A DNA stretch of 64,000 bases from Hypanus sabinus (Eukaryota): positions 93,992,001 through 94,056,000 of the forward strand of contig NC_082714.1 in assembly GCF_030144855.1 (NCBI RefSeq), read 5' to 3'. This document shows positions 52,363 to 64,000 of this stretch, piece by piece. Both the position numbers and the translations under genes were made by a program. The stretch's first letter is position 1; each line of letters opens with the position of its first letter. Under the pieces are notes generated by a model. The model saw nothing but the letters and a program-made list of their open reading frames with translations, searched no databases and was not told the origin of the DNA.

Positions 52363-52683
52363 GTAGCGAGTCCCGGGAGCCCTCAGTTCTCCTGCTCCCT
52401 CCGTCTGCGGAGGAGACGCGCTCGGGTTCGGCCACTCTCTCCTGTCTGGTGAGTGGTTTTAAGCCGGGCTTGGTAGCGCTACGCTGAGTCGTGGATGGAT
52501 TCGAGACGGAGAGCGGGGTGACGACAGGCGCCGTGTCCCTGAGCTCCGACCAGACCTACAGACTGAGCAGTTACCTGTGGATACCAACGCTGCCTGGAAC
52601 AAGGGCTCGAGCTATTCCTGCAGCGTGAGCCACAGCTCTCGCCGCTGCGCAAAATCATCTCTTCGTCCGCCTGTGCGCAGTGA
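52363..52683 (+). pseudogene. IgL sigma-cart C exon
   Basis: Acceptor reads CAA instead of CAG (52360-52362); conserved Trp changed to TGA (52485-52487); frameshifts near 52587 and 52640. Confidence 0.92.
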
Positions 52684-53894
52684 GAGTGTGCCGGCTGGCA
52701 GAACACGCGGATTGTTTGCTCTTGTTTAATGCAGTGAAGCAATGATTGGGTATGTGCAGCAGCCCATTGCAATGTAATTGTGTAGTCATGTTCGCTTATG
52801 GAAACAGGCAGAATGTTTAATAACTTCAGAGCAGTTGGCAATAATAATCCATCCTTTGCGACGGTTATTTCTGTGTTGAATTGTCCCCACTGTGCTGTGT
52901 CTGAACTACCGCTCTGTGTAGAATCAGAAGCGATCTCCTGTACTGTGATTAGAAATTGTGTAACACAACTCTAAATAAAAGAAGAATGAGCGGTAGATTT
53001 ATCGTGTCTTTTCTTTACTCGGCTGCTGGCCGTAGGTTAGGGGGATTAGTCGCGGATAACGTGCCGACTAGGAGCCTCAATCAGAATTAGTTAAATCGTC
53101 TCCGAAATCTTATTCCGCTTTTTGCTCTCTGTATCCTGAGCGTGCTTTGTCCGTCGGCACTCACCGCCCACCACCTCCTTTCCCCGCCTCCGTCATCACC
53201 GGAGACTTCTATTCCTCGTTGCCCAGCACTTCTGCTTTTCATTTACAACCATCCCTGTGGGAGGGAGATCAACATTCTAAATGCCGGTTGGCCAAGTCTT
53301 ACCACCATTGGGAGTGTGACACTGTAGGGATGTTTCCCGTAACTTGACAATTCTGTCCATCGATTCCGTTAGTTCCTGAATGATGACCATCGGCCTCACT
53401 TCCCGCCCTGACACCACCGTCATCACCGACCACACCCACACCCACACCCGCACATTAGCTTCTCTTACTCATGGTTATCTTCAAAGTTAAAGGTAAATTT
53501 GTTATGAAAGTATGTCCACATCTTCATATGCGACTATGGGTTTCATTTTCTTATAGGGTTTCACAGTAGAATAAAGAAGTGCAATAGATGCAGTGAAAAA
53601 CAACACACGAAGACTGAGAAGCACAAAGGGGAATAGACGCGAGTAAATAAATGGATAGATAGTTAGACAGATAAATAAACTAAATATGCATGATGGATAA
53701 GTCAATTAAATGTAATCATTCATAATTAAGTAAACAAATAGATAATGGGATAATGGATTAATACATATATAATACTGAGGACATAAGTTTGAAAGTGACT
53801 CTATAGATCGTGGAATCAGTTCAGAGATGTAGTGATTAAAGTCATCCACTTTGGTTCAGGAGCCTGATGTTTGAACTCTTCCTAAACCTGTAGA

Positions 53895-54345
53895 GTGGGA
53901 TTTAAGATTAATGATGTGGATGATGGGGTGGTAAATTGGATTAGTAAGTATGCAGATGATACCAAGGTAGGTGGTGTTGTGGATAATGAAGTTGGATTTC
54001 AAAGTTTGCAGAGAGATTTAGGCCGGTTAGAACAGTGGGCTGAGCGAAGGCAGATGGAGTTTAATGCTGATAAGTGTGAAGTGCTACATTTTGGTAGCAA
54101 TAATCCAAATGGGACATACCTGGTAAATGGTAGGGCTTTGAAGAATGCAGTAGAACAGAGTGATCTAGGAAGAATGGTGCATAGTTCCCTGAAGGTGGGA
54201 TCTTATGTGGATAGGATGGTGAAGAAAGCTTTTGGTATGTTGGCTTTTATAAATCAGAGCATTGAGTATAGCAGTTGGGATGTAATGTTAAAATTGTACG
54301 AGGCATTGGTAATGCCGAATTTGGAGTATTGTGTACAGTGCTGGT
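53895..54345 (+). mobile_element. CR1 RT fragment of the same family as the 13.5-19.1 kb element
   Basis: DDGVVNWISKYADDTKVGG.. nearly matches 18120-18550. Confidence 0.9.
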
Positions 54346-54499
54346 CAAACGTCATTACGCTGAATCGCCCAATGCAGCTCCAATGTTTCATGCTTTAAGA
54401 TGAAGAAGTATTTCTAAAAAGTCTCAGTACGCATTTGCACTGTCAATCTTAACTGTTTAAATTGATCTCTATGTCGATTAACCATCAGGCACGAAAGAA

Positions 54500-55095
54500 A
54501 GAAGCTGCAACAGACACAAAATGCTGCAGAAACTCAGCAGGCCAGCAGCTTCTGTTGAAAAGAATAGTCGACGTTTCGAGCTGAGACTTTATCAGGACTA
54601 GAGAAAAAGTTGAGAATTCGGAGTTAGAAGGATGGGGGGAGGGAAGTAGAAACACAGCGGTATGCGTGAATCCTTGGGTGGGGGTAGATGGAGAAGTGAT
54701 GAGTAGTAAAGAGCTGTGAAGTTGATTGGTGAAAGAGATACAGAGATGGCGAAGGGGTAGTGTTACAGGAGTGGACAGAAAGCCATGGAGGGAAGAACAA
54801 AGGGAGGACCACCGAGGAACGAGGTGGACAGATAAGGTGAGAGAGGAAAATAGGAATGGGGAATGGTGAAGGAGAGCGAGGTGGGCATCTAGAAGTTGAA
54901 AAAAGTCGAGGCTCATGCCAACAGGTTGGACGGTCCTCGGACGGAAGATAAGGCGTTGCTCCACCAGCCTGGGTGTGGTCTCATCATGACTGTAGAGAAG
55001 GCCATGGACTAACATGTCGAGATCGGAATGCGAAGTTGAATTAAAATGCATGGAAATTAGGAGATCCCGGTTTTTCTGATCTCTTGATGAGGACA
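54500..55095 (-). mobile_element. Penelope-like 3' fragment (paralog of 35245-35750)
   Basis: VHGLLYSHDETTPRLVEQRLIFR..QPVGMSLDF. Confidence 0.8.
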
Positions 55096-56594
55096 GGCTG
55101 AAGGATCTCCGACTTCGTCCCACTGCAGTCAATACGCTGCTATTTGGTTATACTGATAATCAGTGAGAGGTTGTTGATGTAGCACGATTAAGCCATAGAA
55201 GATCATGTCTTTGAGTTAGTCCTCTCCTCAAGGGAAGTAATGGTTACACGATCAACACGGAGACTTAGATCCGAAAACGAGTGGTAGATATACTGAACAA
55301 TATGCCAGAAGTAGTTGATAAGGGAGGTAAAATTGTGCAGTTTAAAAGACATCCGGGCAGTTAGAGGGATATTAAAATTTTATGGTGATATCAGTCAAAC
55401 TCATACAACTGGAATAATCGCAGCTAGGCAGCTTGGTCGGCATGGAGAAATTGGGTAGAAGAGCCCATTTCTGTGCTGAATACCTCTGTGAGTCTAAATG
55501 TCGCGGCCGTTAGAGACAGGGAATTTGTCTCATAGTTGGTTGTTAGTGAGGTTCAACTAGAACTACTCCTGAGGCTTCTAATCAATATTGTTTATTGTAG
55601 GGACTGATATGTAAGGGCAAAGTATGTTTGAAGTTAGTAACAACGAATAAAACGAAGGATCATTTATATCCTTCGCAGATTAATGACACCCATATACAGC
55701 AAGCTGTGAGGGAAATAATGTTGGCTGTTTCCAAGGAGTTTGATGACGGGACATTTTGGTTGGATGGCAATTGTTCAGTAGAGGAAACAGGAGAGTCTTC
55801 GGATCGATTTGCCCCAGGCTGATTATGCTGTTTGGAGGAGAGAACTGACCCGTAATGACAGGCTGGAAAAGGGAAACCAAACAATTTCGGGGAACTGAAA
55901 GGTGAATACACCGAAATACAAGATAATGGTCCGACTACAAAGAGGACGCAAACTCTCTGTCCTCTGAATGCGGGAATAGGATGGACAACGATGACGTGGC
56001 CCCATTCAGTCAGGGCCTGTCGATTTTTTCTCCAAATGCCCCGTGCATTTTCAGTCACGGTCCAGAGTCCAGGATGGGATGGATAGATGTTTGTGCAGAA
56101 CGTGATTCAGCGCTGCGGTTTTCGGCTGGGCAGTGCTGGGGTTATGGCTATTTCAGATCTTAGATGACAGCGTAACATGTGCGAGAAATCCATGCATGAT
56201 GTTATATATTCTCCTGTGTGTCAGGTATTGAAACATTTATCGGGTTCCTCAGATTATGCGGCGGGTTTATTCAGAGATGTAGAGAGATACCGATCCCACG
56301 ATCAGCCTCTGGGCTGTTCTCAAACCCTTATGTTTGTCAACTGCGTTTTCTGTTCCCTACTATCAAAGTTATACATTTATCAGACACAGATATGAATCAT
56401 CATCTCCTCCACCCCACTTATTTCTCTCTCTCATTGTCTCTCCCCATCTCTCACACCCACTCTCTCCGTTCACATTCTTTTCTTACTCATTCTGCCTCAC
56501 TTCCCAGTGCTTTTTCACTCACCCCGTCTCATTCTCCCTCCCCGCTCTTACCGGCTCACCCTCTGTGTCTCCTGTTTCCCATAACTCATTCAAC

Positions 56595-56839
56595 CTCTCT
56601 CTTTCCCTGTCCCTCTATTCATCGCTTGTCACAACTAATTCCAACTGTGTAAGGTGATATTTTCAAGATTCAGTTTCAGAATGTGTCTCTTCCTATTATT
56701 GCAGTTTCTCAGATTGAAAGAATTTACATAAGTTCTATCATATCTGTTCAACGCCCCCAACTTCCCGGGACTTAGTGACCGCGCCACCTGCACCACTATA
56801 CAAACAAGACAGAAACAGCAGCAATTTGTGTAACTGTCG
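56595..56839 (-). pseudogene. Decayed V(J)-like exon in duplication copy B
   Basis: Same 79-nt intron (56918-56840); LVC..SPGK..FNLRNCNNRKRHILKL..; GQG-like J remnant. Confidence 0.5.
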
Positions 56840-58834
56840 CTAAATAAAGTCTGTGCAAGCCGCGTCCCGGTCCCCATGTGGAGATGACGTGGTTCGCAGC
56901 TGATTCAGTGCTGCTCACAACACAGAAAGTTCGACTCTATCCATTTATCCATACATCCGCGACTCTGATCAGCAGCTAAAACAAAATTCACGGGATCCTG
57001 GGAGAGAAAATCGAAAGCCCTTGACTGAATGAGGGGGAGATTAACTGGACTGACCAGTGTCCTACTGTCGGGACAGTGTTGAGGGAGAATTGACATATCC
57101 CAGGTTATGAACGACACGTATTCAAATTTTAATCACCATCCCCAACTATCCAATAAAAGGTAATCGATAGAACAAGCCTTAAACAACCCAAACTGCAGGA
57201 TAACATTTCAGAAATATAAACAAGCGAATGTTTTACACTGCCGTTATTAGATAAACGTTGATATCGTCTCACATAAGACGATCATTTAATTGAATGAAAT
57301 TTCCTCTCATCTATTACACAGAATCCAAAGATGGTGGCAGAATGGTGATGAACGAAATCATTTACATGAAAAGGGAGATTTGATGTCCCACACATGGCTC
57401 GCTGTTAATAACATCCTTCATCAGAGTGAGGATCAGCATTAGAATCAGGTACAACATCGATGTCATATGTCGTGAAATCTGTAGTTTGTGCCCCAGAGCT
57501 GAGGATAAAATAAACATGGAATGTCATAAAGTAATAGAGCACCATAACACCAAGTCACACCTTTCGGTCCATCTTGTGTTTTCCGAAATATTAATATGGT
57601 TTGTCCCATAATTCTGCACCCGAACCATCAGCATCGAGAACCCTCCCTCCATCCAAATTCACCTTAAATTTTGAAATCGACCCTCATCCATCACAACCCC
57701 TGGTAACTCATTCTGTACTCTCACCATCCTTTGAGTGAAGAAGTTTCTCAAGATGTTCCCTTTATACATTTCAGCTTTTACCCTTATACCATATCTCTAG
57801 TTGTAGTCTCACACAATGTAAGTGGAAAAATACCCCGTTAATATTATACCCTTTCTATATCCCGCTGGAGTAGCGTCGTAGGAGACATGAAGACCCACCA
57901 GAACTGCCACTATAAGTAAGCAAGAAAAAGTTTAAAATGGAATGGTTAACCTTTATCAATTTTACATTCAGAATGGAAATTCTCGAAAGTAACCTTCTCC
58001 CCATAAACTTTCATGCCATGTCCAATCAAAACCTAACAGTCTCTGCCTTAAATACACGCAACGAGATCGGCTCAATAGCTGCGTATGGCAAAAAATTCCA
58101 CAAATTCAGCAGCCATTGTCAAAAGAAATTTCTCTGCATCTCTATTTTGAAAGGGCACCCCTCTATCTTGAGGCTGTGCCCTCTTGCCCTAGATTATCCC
58201 ACTATGTCTAGGCCTTTCAACATTGAAAAGGTTTAAATGAGATCCCCCTCATCCTTCTGAATTCCGGTGAGTGCAGGCCTAGAGCCATTAAACCTTCCTC
58301 GTATGATCCTCTCCAATGCCAGAACAGCCTTTCTAAGATGAAGAGCCCAAAATTGTTAGCAGTATTCAAGATGAGGCCTCGCCAGTGCTTTATAAAGCCT
58401 CAGCATCACATCCGTACTCCTGTATTTTAAACCTCTTGAAATGAATGCCAACGTGGCATTTTTCTTCCACATCACGATCTCAAAGTGAAAGTCAACCTTC
58501 AGGATGTTCTGTACAAATGCTTCCAAGTCCCACTGCATCTAAGATCCCTTGATATTCTCCCGGTTTAGAAAATAGGCCGGACGATTATTTCTACAGGCAA
58601 AGTGCATGAACATGCATTTTCGAACATTGTATATCATTTGCCACTTTCTTGTCCATTCTACTAACCTGGCTAAGACTTTTGCTCAACACCACCTGCTCCT
58701 CCACCAACCTTCGTATCATCTGCACACTTGGCAACAAAGCCATATATTCCATCATCTAACTAATTTATACAGAATAAAACGAAGTGGTCCGAATGCCGAC
58801 CCCTGTGGAACACCACAGTCACTGGCAGCTATCT

Positions 58835-60980
58835 AGAAAATAGAACATAGAGCATAGAATAGTAGTGCATAGTACAGGCCCTTCGGCCCACAATGTTGTG
58901 CGCACCCTTAAACCATGCCTCCCATTTATCCCCAACCTTACATTTATCCATATTCCTGTCTAGTAATCTCTTAAATTTCACTAGTGTATCTGCCTCCACC
59001 ACAGACTCAAGCAGCGCATTCTACGTACCAACCACTCTCTGATTAAAAAGCCTTCCTATGACATACCCCTTGAACTTCCCACCCCTTACCTTAAAGCCTC
59101 ATCTCCTTGTATTGGGCAATGGTGCCTCGGGGAAGAGGCGCTGGCTGTCCACTCTCTATTCCTCTTAATTTTTTGTATACCTCTACCTTGTCTCCTCTCA
59201 TCCTCCTTCTCTCCAAAATGTAAAGTCCTTGATCCTTTAATCTATGATCATAATGCATACTCTCTAAACCAGGAAGCATCCTGGTAAATCTCCTCTGCAC
59301 CCTTTCCTCTTCCACATCCTTCCTAGTGAGGCGACCATAACTGGACACAGTACTCCAGGTATGGCCTAAGCAGAGTTTTATAGAACTGCATCATTATCTC
59401 GCGACTCCGAAACACTATCGCTCGACTTATGAAAGCTAACACCCCATAAGATTTCTTAACTAATCGATCTACCTGTGAGGTGACTTCCGGGGATTTGTGG
59501 ACATGTACCCCCAGATCCCTGTGCTCCTCCACGCTACCAAGTATCTTTGAACGCTGCCATGTAGTTTGTCCTTTCAAAGAGCACCATCTCACACTTCTCC
59601 GTGTTGAACTCTATCTGCCACTTCTCAGCCCACTTCTGCATCCTACCAATGTCTCTCTGTAACCTTCGACAATTCCCCACACTATTGACAACACACCACC
59701 AACCTTTGCGTCGTCTGAAAACTTGCCAACCCACCCGTCATCCAGGTCGTTAATAATAATCACGAGAGGAAGGAGTCCCAGAACCGATCCTTGGGGGGAA
59801 CCACCAGCCACAACCCTCCAATCTCAATGTACTCCGTCCAGCACGACTTTCTGCAGGGAAGCCAATTCTAAATCCACCTGGCCAAACTTCCCTGGATCCC
59901 ATGCCTTCTGACTTTCTGAATAAGCCTACTGTGTGGAACCTTGTCAAATGCCTTACTAAAATCCATGTAGATCACCTCCACTACCATACCCTCATCTATG
60001 TGCCTGGTAACTTCCTCAAAGAACTCTATCAGGCTTGTTAGGCACGATCTGCCCTTCGCAAAGCCATTTTGACTGTCCCTCATCAGACCATGATTCTTTA
60101 AATGCCCATAAATCCTACCTATAATAATCTTTACCAACAGCTTTCCCATCGCAGTCGTAAGGGACACTGGTATATAATTACCCGGACTACCCCTGCTAAC
60201 TTTTTTGAACAAGAGGACAACATTCGCCTCCCTCCAATCCTCCGGTACCATTCCCGTGGACAACGAAGGCATAAAGATCGTAGCCAAAGGCGGAGTAATC
60301 TCTTCCCTCGCCTCGTGGAGCAGCCTGGGGAGTATTACGTCAGGCCCCGGGGACTTATTCGTCCTAATGTATTTTAACAACTCCAACACCTCCTCTCCCT
60401 TAATATCAACATGCTCCAGAATTTCAACCTCACTTATATTGTCCTAACCGTCATCCAGTTCCCTCTCAGTGGTAAATACCGAAGAGAAGTTTTCATCGAG
60501 GACCTCACTTACTTCCAGAGCCCCTAGCACATCTTCCTACCTTTATCTCTAATCGGCCCTAACTTCACTCCTGCCATCCTTTTATTCGTCACATAATTGA
60601 AGAATGCTTTGGGGTTTTCTTTTACCCTCCTCGCGGGAGGCCTTCTCATGCCCCCTTCTTGCTCTCCTGAGCCCCTTTTTAAGCTTTTTTCTTGCTACAC
60701 TGTATTCCTAAATAGCACTCTCTGATCCATGCTTCCAAAACCTCATGTATTCTGCCTTCTTCAACCTGACTAGAAATTCCACCTCACTTGTCACCCATGA
60801 TTCCTGCACCCTACAAGTCTTTATCTTCCCCAACGGGACAAATTTATCCATAACATCCTGCAAGAGATCCTTAAACATCAACCTCATGTTCATGGTACAT
60901 TTTCCTGCAAAAACATCATTCCAATTTACACCCGCAAGTTCTAGATTTCGATCCTCATAATTTGCCCGAATTAAAAAATT
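58835..60980 (-). mobile_element. CR1 insertion specific to duplication copy B
   Basis: KSPGPDVILPRLL..VPEDWREANV..MDFSKAFDKVPH; tail near 58835-58870; not present in copy A. Confidence 0.85.
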
Positions 60981-63900
60981 TCCTGTCCTGTCTGATGCTT
61001 TGATTCCCTCTCGCTGCCTCCTACGAATCAGCCAGTGTTCTAACCATGTTAGTACCTTTCCTGTAATACCATGGGCTCTTAACTTGGGAAGCAGCCTTAT
61101 GTGCGGCACCTTGTCAAAGCCCTTTTGAAATTCCAAATATACAACTTCCCCTGGATCCCCTTTACCCTACTTCTAATCTGAAAGAATGCTAACAGGTTCG
61201 TCAGGCAGGATTCTCCATGAAGGAAAAGATGCTGATTTTGCACTGTGCTGTCCTGCGTCACCAAGTAGTCCATCACCTCATCCTGAACAATTGACTCTGG
61301 CATTTTCCCAAACACTGGGAGCAGGGTAACTAGTCAAAATATTCCGTCTGCTGCCTTCCGCTTTTCTTAAAGTGTGGAGTAACTTTTAAAATTTAACAGT
61401 CTTCTGGTACCGTACCAGAGTCCAATTTTTTTGAGAGATCATATATCATGTCACCACAGCCTCTAACCCTACCTCTTTCAGAACACTAAAGTGCAATGCC
61501 GCTGGTCCGGGTGACTTAAGTACATTTAGCACCTTCTCACGCACACTGCTCGTGTCTTCCACAATGAAGACCGACGCAAAATACTCATTTATTTCTCCTT
61601 GTTCACCCGTTAAGATTTCTCCTGCTTCATTTTCCAGCACTCCTATATCCACTCTAATTTTTCCTTTATTTTTAACATACTTGAAAAAAAATTATTATCC
61701 ACTTTGATATTATTTGCTAGCTTGCTTTCGTATTTCATCTTTACACTTCTAATGATTTCTTAATTGATCTCTGTAGGGTTTTTAAAAATTCACAATCCTT
61801 TATCTTCCTACTAATGTTTGCATTGTTGTATGCTATTTCTTTTGTTTTTACAAAAGCTTTGATTTTCCTTGTCAGCACCGATTGCACTATTTTATCATCT
61901 GAGTATTTCTTCATTTTTGGAATACAAATATCCTGCATCTTCTTCACTTCCCCGCAGAACCAGACGTGATTGCTTCTCTACTGACATACTGACATGCTTG
62001 TCAGTAGCTCCTTCCTGTTTACTTTGGCCAACTCCTCTCCAATACCACTGCAGTTTCCCTTACTTCACTGAAATCCGGGTGCCCCGTTCAAGTTAACAGA
62101 ATCTCCTGTCTGTTCCCCTCTCTATTGAGTTCCCTATTCCCACAGCTCCTTTCTTCTCTCTCTTTCCCTTCTGCACCACAGGCCCATGCTCAGTGCCTGT
62201 AACCCTGTCCCCGTGGCATTCTCTCGGGTGGTCATCCTCCAAAAAAGTATCCAAAGCGTTATACTTGTTTTTAAGCGGAATGGCCAAAGAAGTGTTCTTC
62301 TCTAAATGCCCATTTCCATTTCTCCTGACAGTCACACAGCGACTCGCCTCGCCTCCTGATACTTCGGGGTGACAATTCCCTGTAAATCTGATCAATTATA
62401 TCCTCGCTGTCCTTACATTAAGGAAGATTCTGCAGATCGCCCGGGAAACAGGGATAGGAAAAGAGGTCGGCAAAACTCTTGGTGATCTCATCGGAATGGT
62501 GCCATAACTTACGCAATGGAACAATTGGCATTCAGTGGAAGCAGTGCATGTTGATTATCAGCAGGCCCCTTCTGACGTGATTCGCAAGAGTTTACTGAAA
62601 AAAGAAATCCAGCTGTTTACAGTGTATATCCAAACACTTGGAGAGGGAACACAATGTGATATTGCCATGTTTGTTGATTATCAGGGTTATCAGGACAGTG
62701 CAGAATGACTGAGTTGATGTTTACAGAGCAAAACAGGGAGGGATACAAAATACCGAAAAAAAATGTGGAACACTTGAGGTCACGTGTAGAAAAATGTTGT
62801 CGATTGGAGTAACTTTCAATGGTGAAAGGGTGAGGTCAAGCGTGCAAGTTCATGTTGAAGTTTACTGCCAAACGAACATGTACACAAACGAACCACCTTT
62901 CCTCTCAGGCCAAGGTGAAAAACACAGTCGATAAAGCCATACATATTAGATACAATAACGATACAACAAATGCAGTCAGCAAATAGATTTTAACACAGTG
63001 TCTGAGTGCCATGGACTGAAGGTAGACCAGTTGACATAAAGTGTGAAGTGAATGTTTACGTAAGGCAAAGTAATGTTTCTTTATCCATCTATTTATGTAT
63101 GTATGTATTTATTTGTTTGGTTGTATTTGCACAGTTTGACTTATTTGGCACATTGGCTGATTTTTGTCAGTGTTAGGCTTTTCATTACTTCCATTGTATT
63201 CATTTATATGTACTGTGAATGCCCGCAAGGCTATGAAACTCAGAATTCTGCATCATGACTTACCGCACTTTGACAGTAAATTTATTTTGAACTTTGAGTT
63301 TCATGATCCCAACCCTCTGACCACGTTCTAAATTATAAGCCTTAAATTAATAAGTCCAGTTTTTTCTCATTAGCGGTAACCCCCGGATGTTGATGGTGAA
63401 ATAAGGTCATGGAATGTCACGGGCTGGTGGTCAGATCCTTTCCTCTTGATAGTGGCCATTGCTGGAACTAATTCAGTCAGGTTGATGTTTGCTCCGACCA
63501 GCCTTGTCTGACCATTTCGGGAGTCTTGTTCCATATCTCGATAACTCACTGTCGGAAAATTACATGAATGGGGTTTCAAATGAACGTTCCCGGACGCAAA
63601 CGGCGACTGTCTATTTCCCGGCATAGATGCTGCAAGGCCCGTTTAGTTTTTCCAGCTCTTTAGGAATTACTCCAGATTCGAACATCTGCAGCCGTTTGTA
63701 TCACCGGTGCAATTATTGCTGAACATCTCTAATTCCATCTAATGCTACCCGGAAGATTCGCTGCTGAGAGGATACTCCTTATGCCCTCTGCGTAGATTGA
63801 GTTCCACCGCAAACCCTTTGCACAATGACTGACCCCAGTGTCTGACGTTAAATAAATTTCTGCCCAAGCCCACTTTAGAGACTATCGAGAAGAAAAAAAA

Positions 63901-64000
63901 GCTTGTCAGTTGGGACTTACACATTTTAGCAACATACTTTATTCATTCATAAGCAAAACAATAACATGCTTTCTGCAGGAATAACACATTCTCAGATAGG

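Larger units (their letters stand above)
50131..52683 (+). pseudogene. Germline-joined immunoglobulin light chain cluster, sigma-cart (type I/NS5-like), pseudogene
   Basis: Leader 50131-50179 MSQALHLLWVLLVHLA; VJ exon 50287-50640 APVLNQTP..GNVGSYEMYWYRQRPGE..IYRGTGITDRFRPSRDTSSNSHILTI..YYC..; C exon 52363-52683 PSVLLLPPS..ATLSCLVSGFKPG..SSACAQ*; AATAAA at 52974-52979. Confidence 0.9.
54343..64000 (+). repeat. Tandem segmental duplication copy B (paralogous to about 35130-49650)
   Basis: Colinear matching blocks: 35130-35750/54343-55100, 40340-43700/55170-57980, 44310-44985/58000-58600, 46120-48100/61000-62400, 48280-49650/62420-64000; roughly 75-85% identity by eye. Confidence 0.9.

Noticed and set aside
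1-64000. CRISPR arrays, rRNA/tRNA genes, prokaryotic operons, viral ORFs
   Set aside because: None seen; the only Pol III box belongs to a SINE, and all long ORFs are LINE-derived or Ig exons.

Overview
Eukaryotic, repeat-dense DNA from a cartilaginous fish (elasmobranch, possibly a ray; inferred from the Ig light-chain type and the repeat families). Most of the window is LINE debris (CR1 with SGNH-esterase ORF1, Rex1/Babar, L1, Penelope-like), and there is one 274-nt assembly gap. Between the repeats lies a cluster of germline-joined VJ immunoglobulin-superfamily genes. (1) An apparently intact 6-exon minus-strand gene (6351->1938, 300 aa) encodes leader - fused VJ - C1 - uncharged TM - ITIM tail, i.e. 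a non-rearranging, antigen-receptor-like inhibitory receptor of the PRARP/VJC1 kind. (2) A germline-joined IgL sigma-cart (type I/NS5-like) L-VJ-C cluster at 50131-52683 is a multiply disabled pseudogene. It lies in an old tandem duplication whose second copy runs off the window end about 0.5 kb before its predicted leader. (3) Several much more decayed VJ-, C1- and TM-like exon remnants occur at 24.6-25.6 kb (+), 28-31.3 kb (-), 42.3-42.6 kb (-) and 56.6-56.9 kb (-). These were recognised by eye from Cys/Trp/J spacing and splice phase, and are low to moderate confidence. No RSS was found. All alignments and identities are manual estimates.
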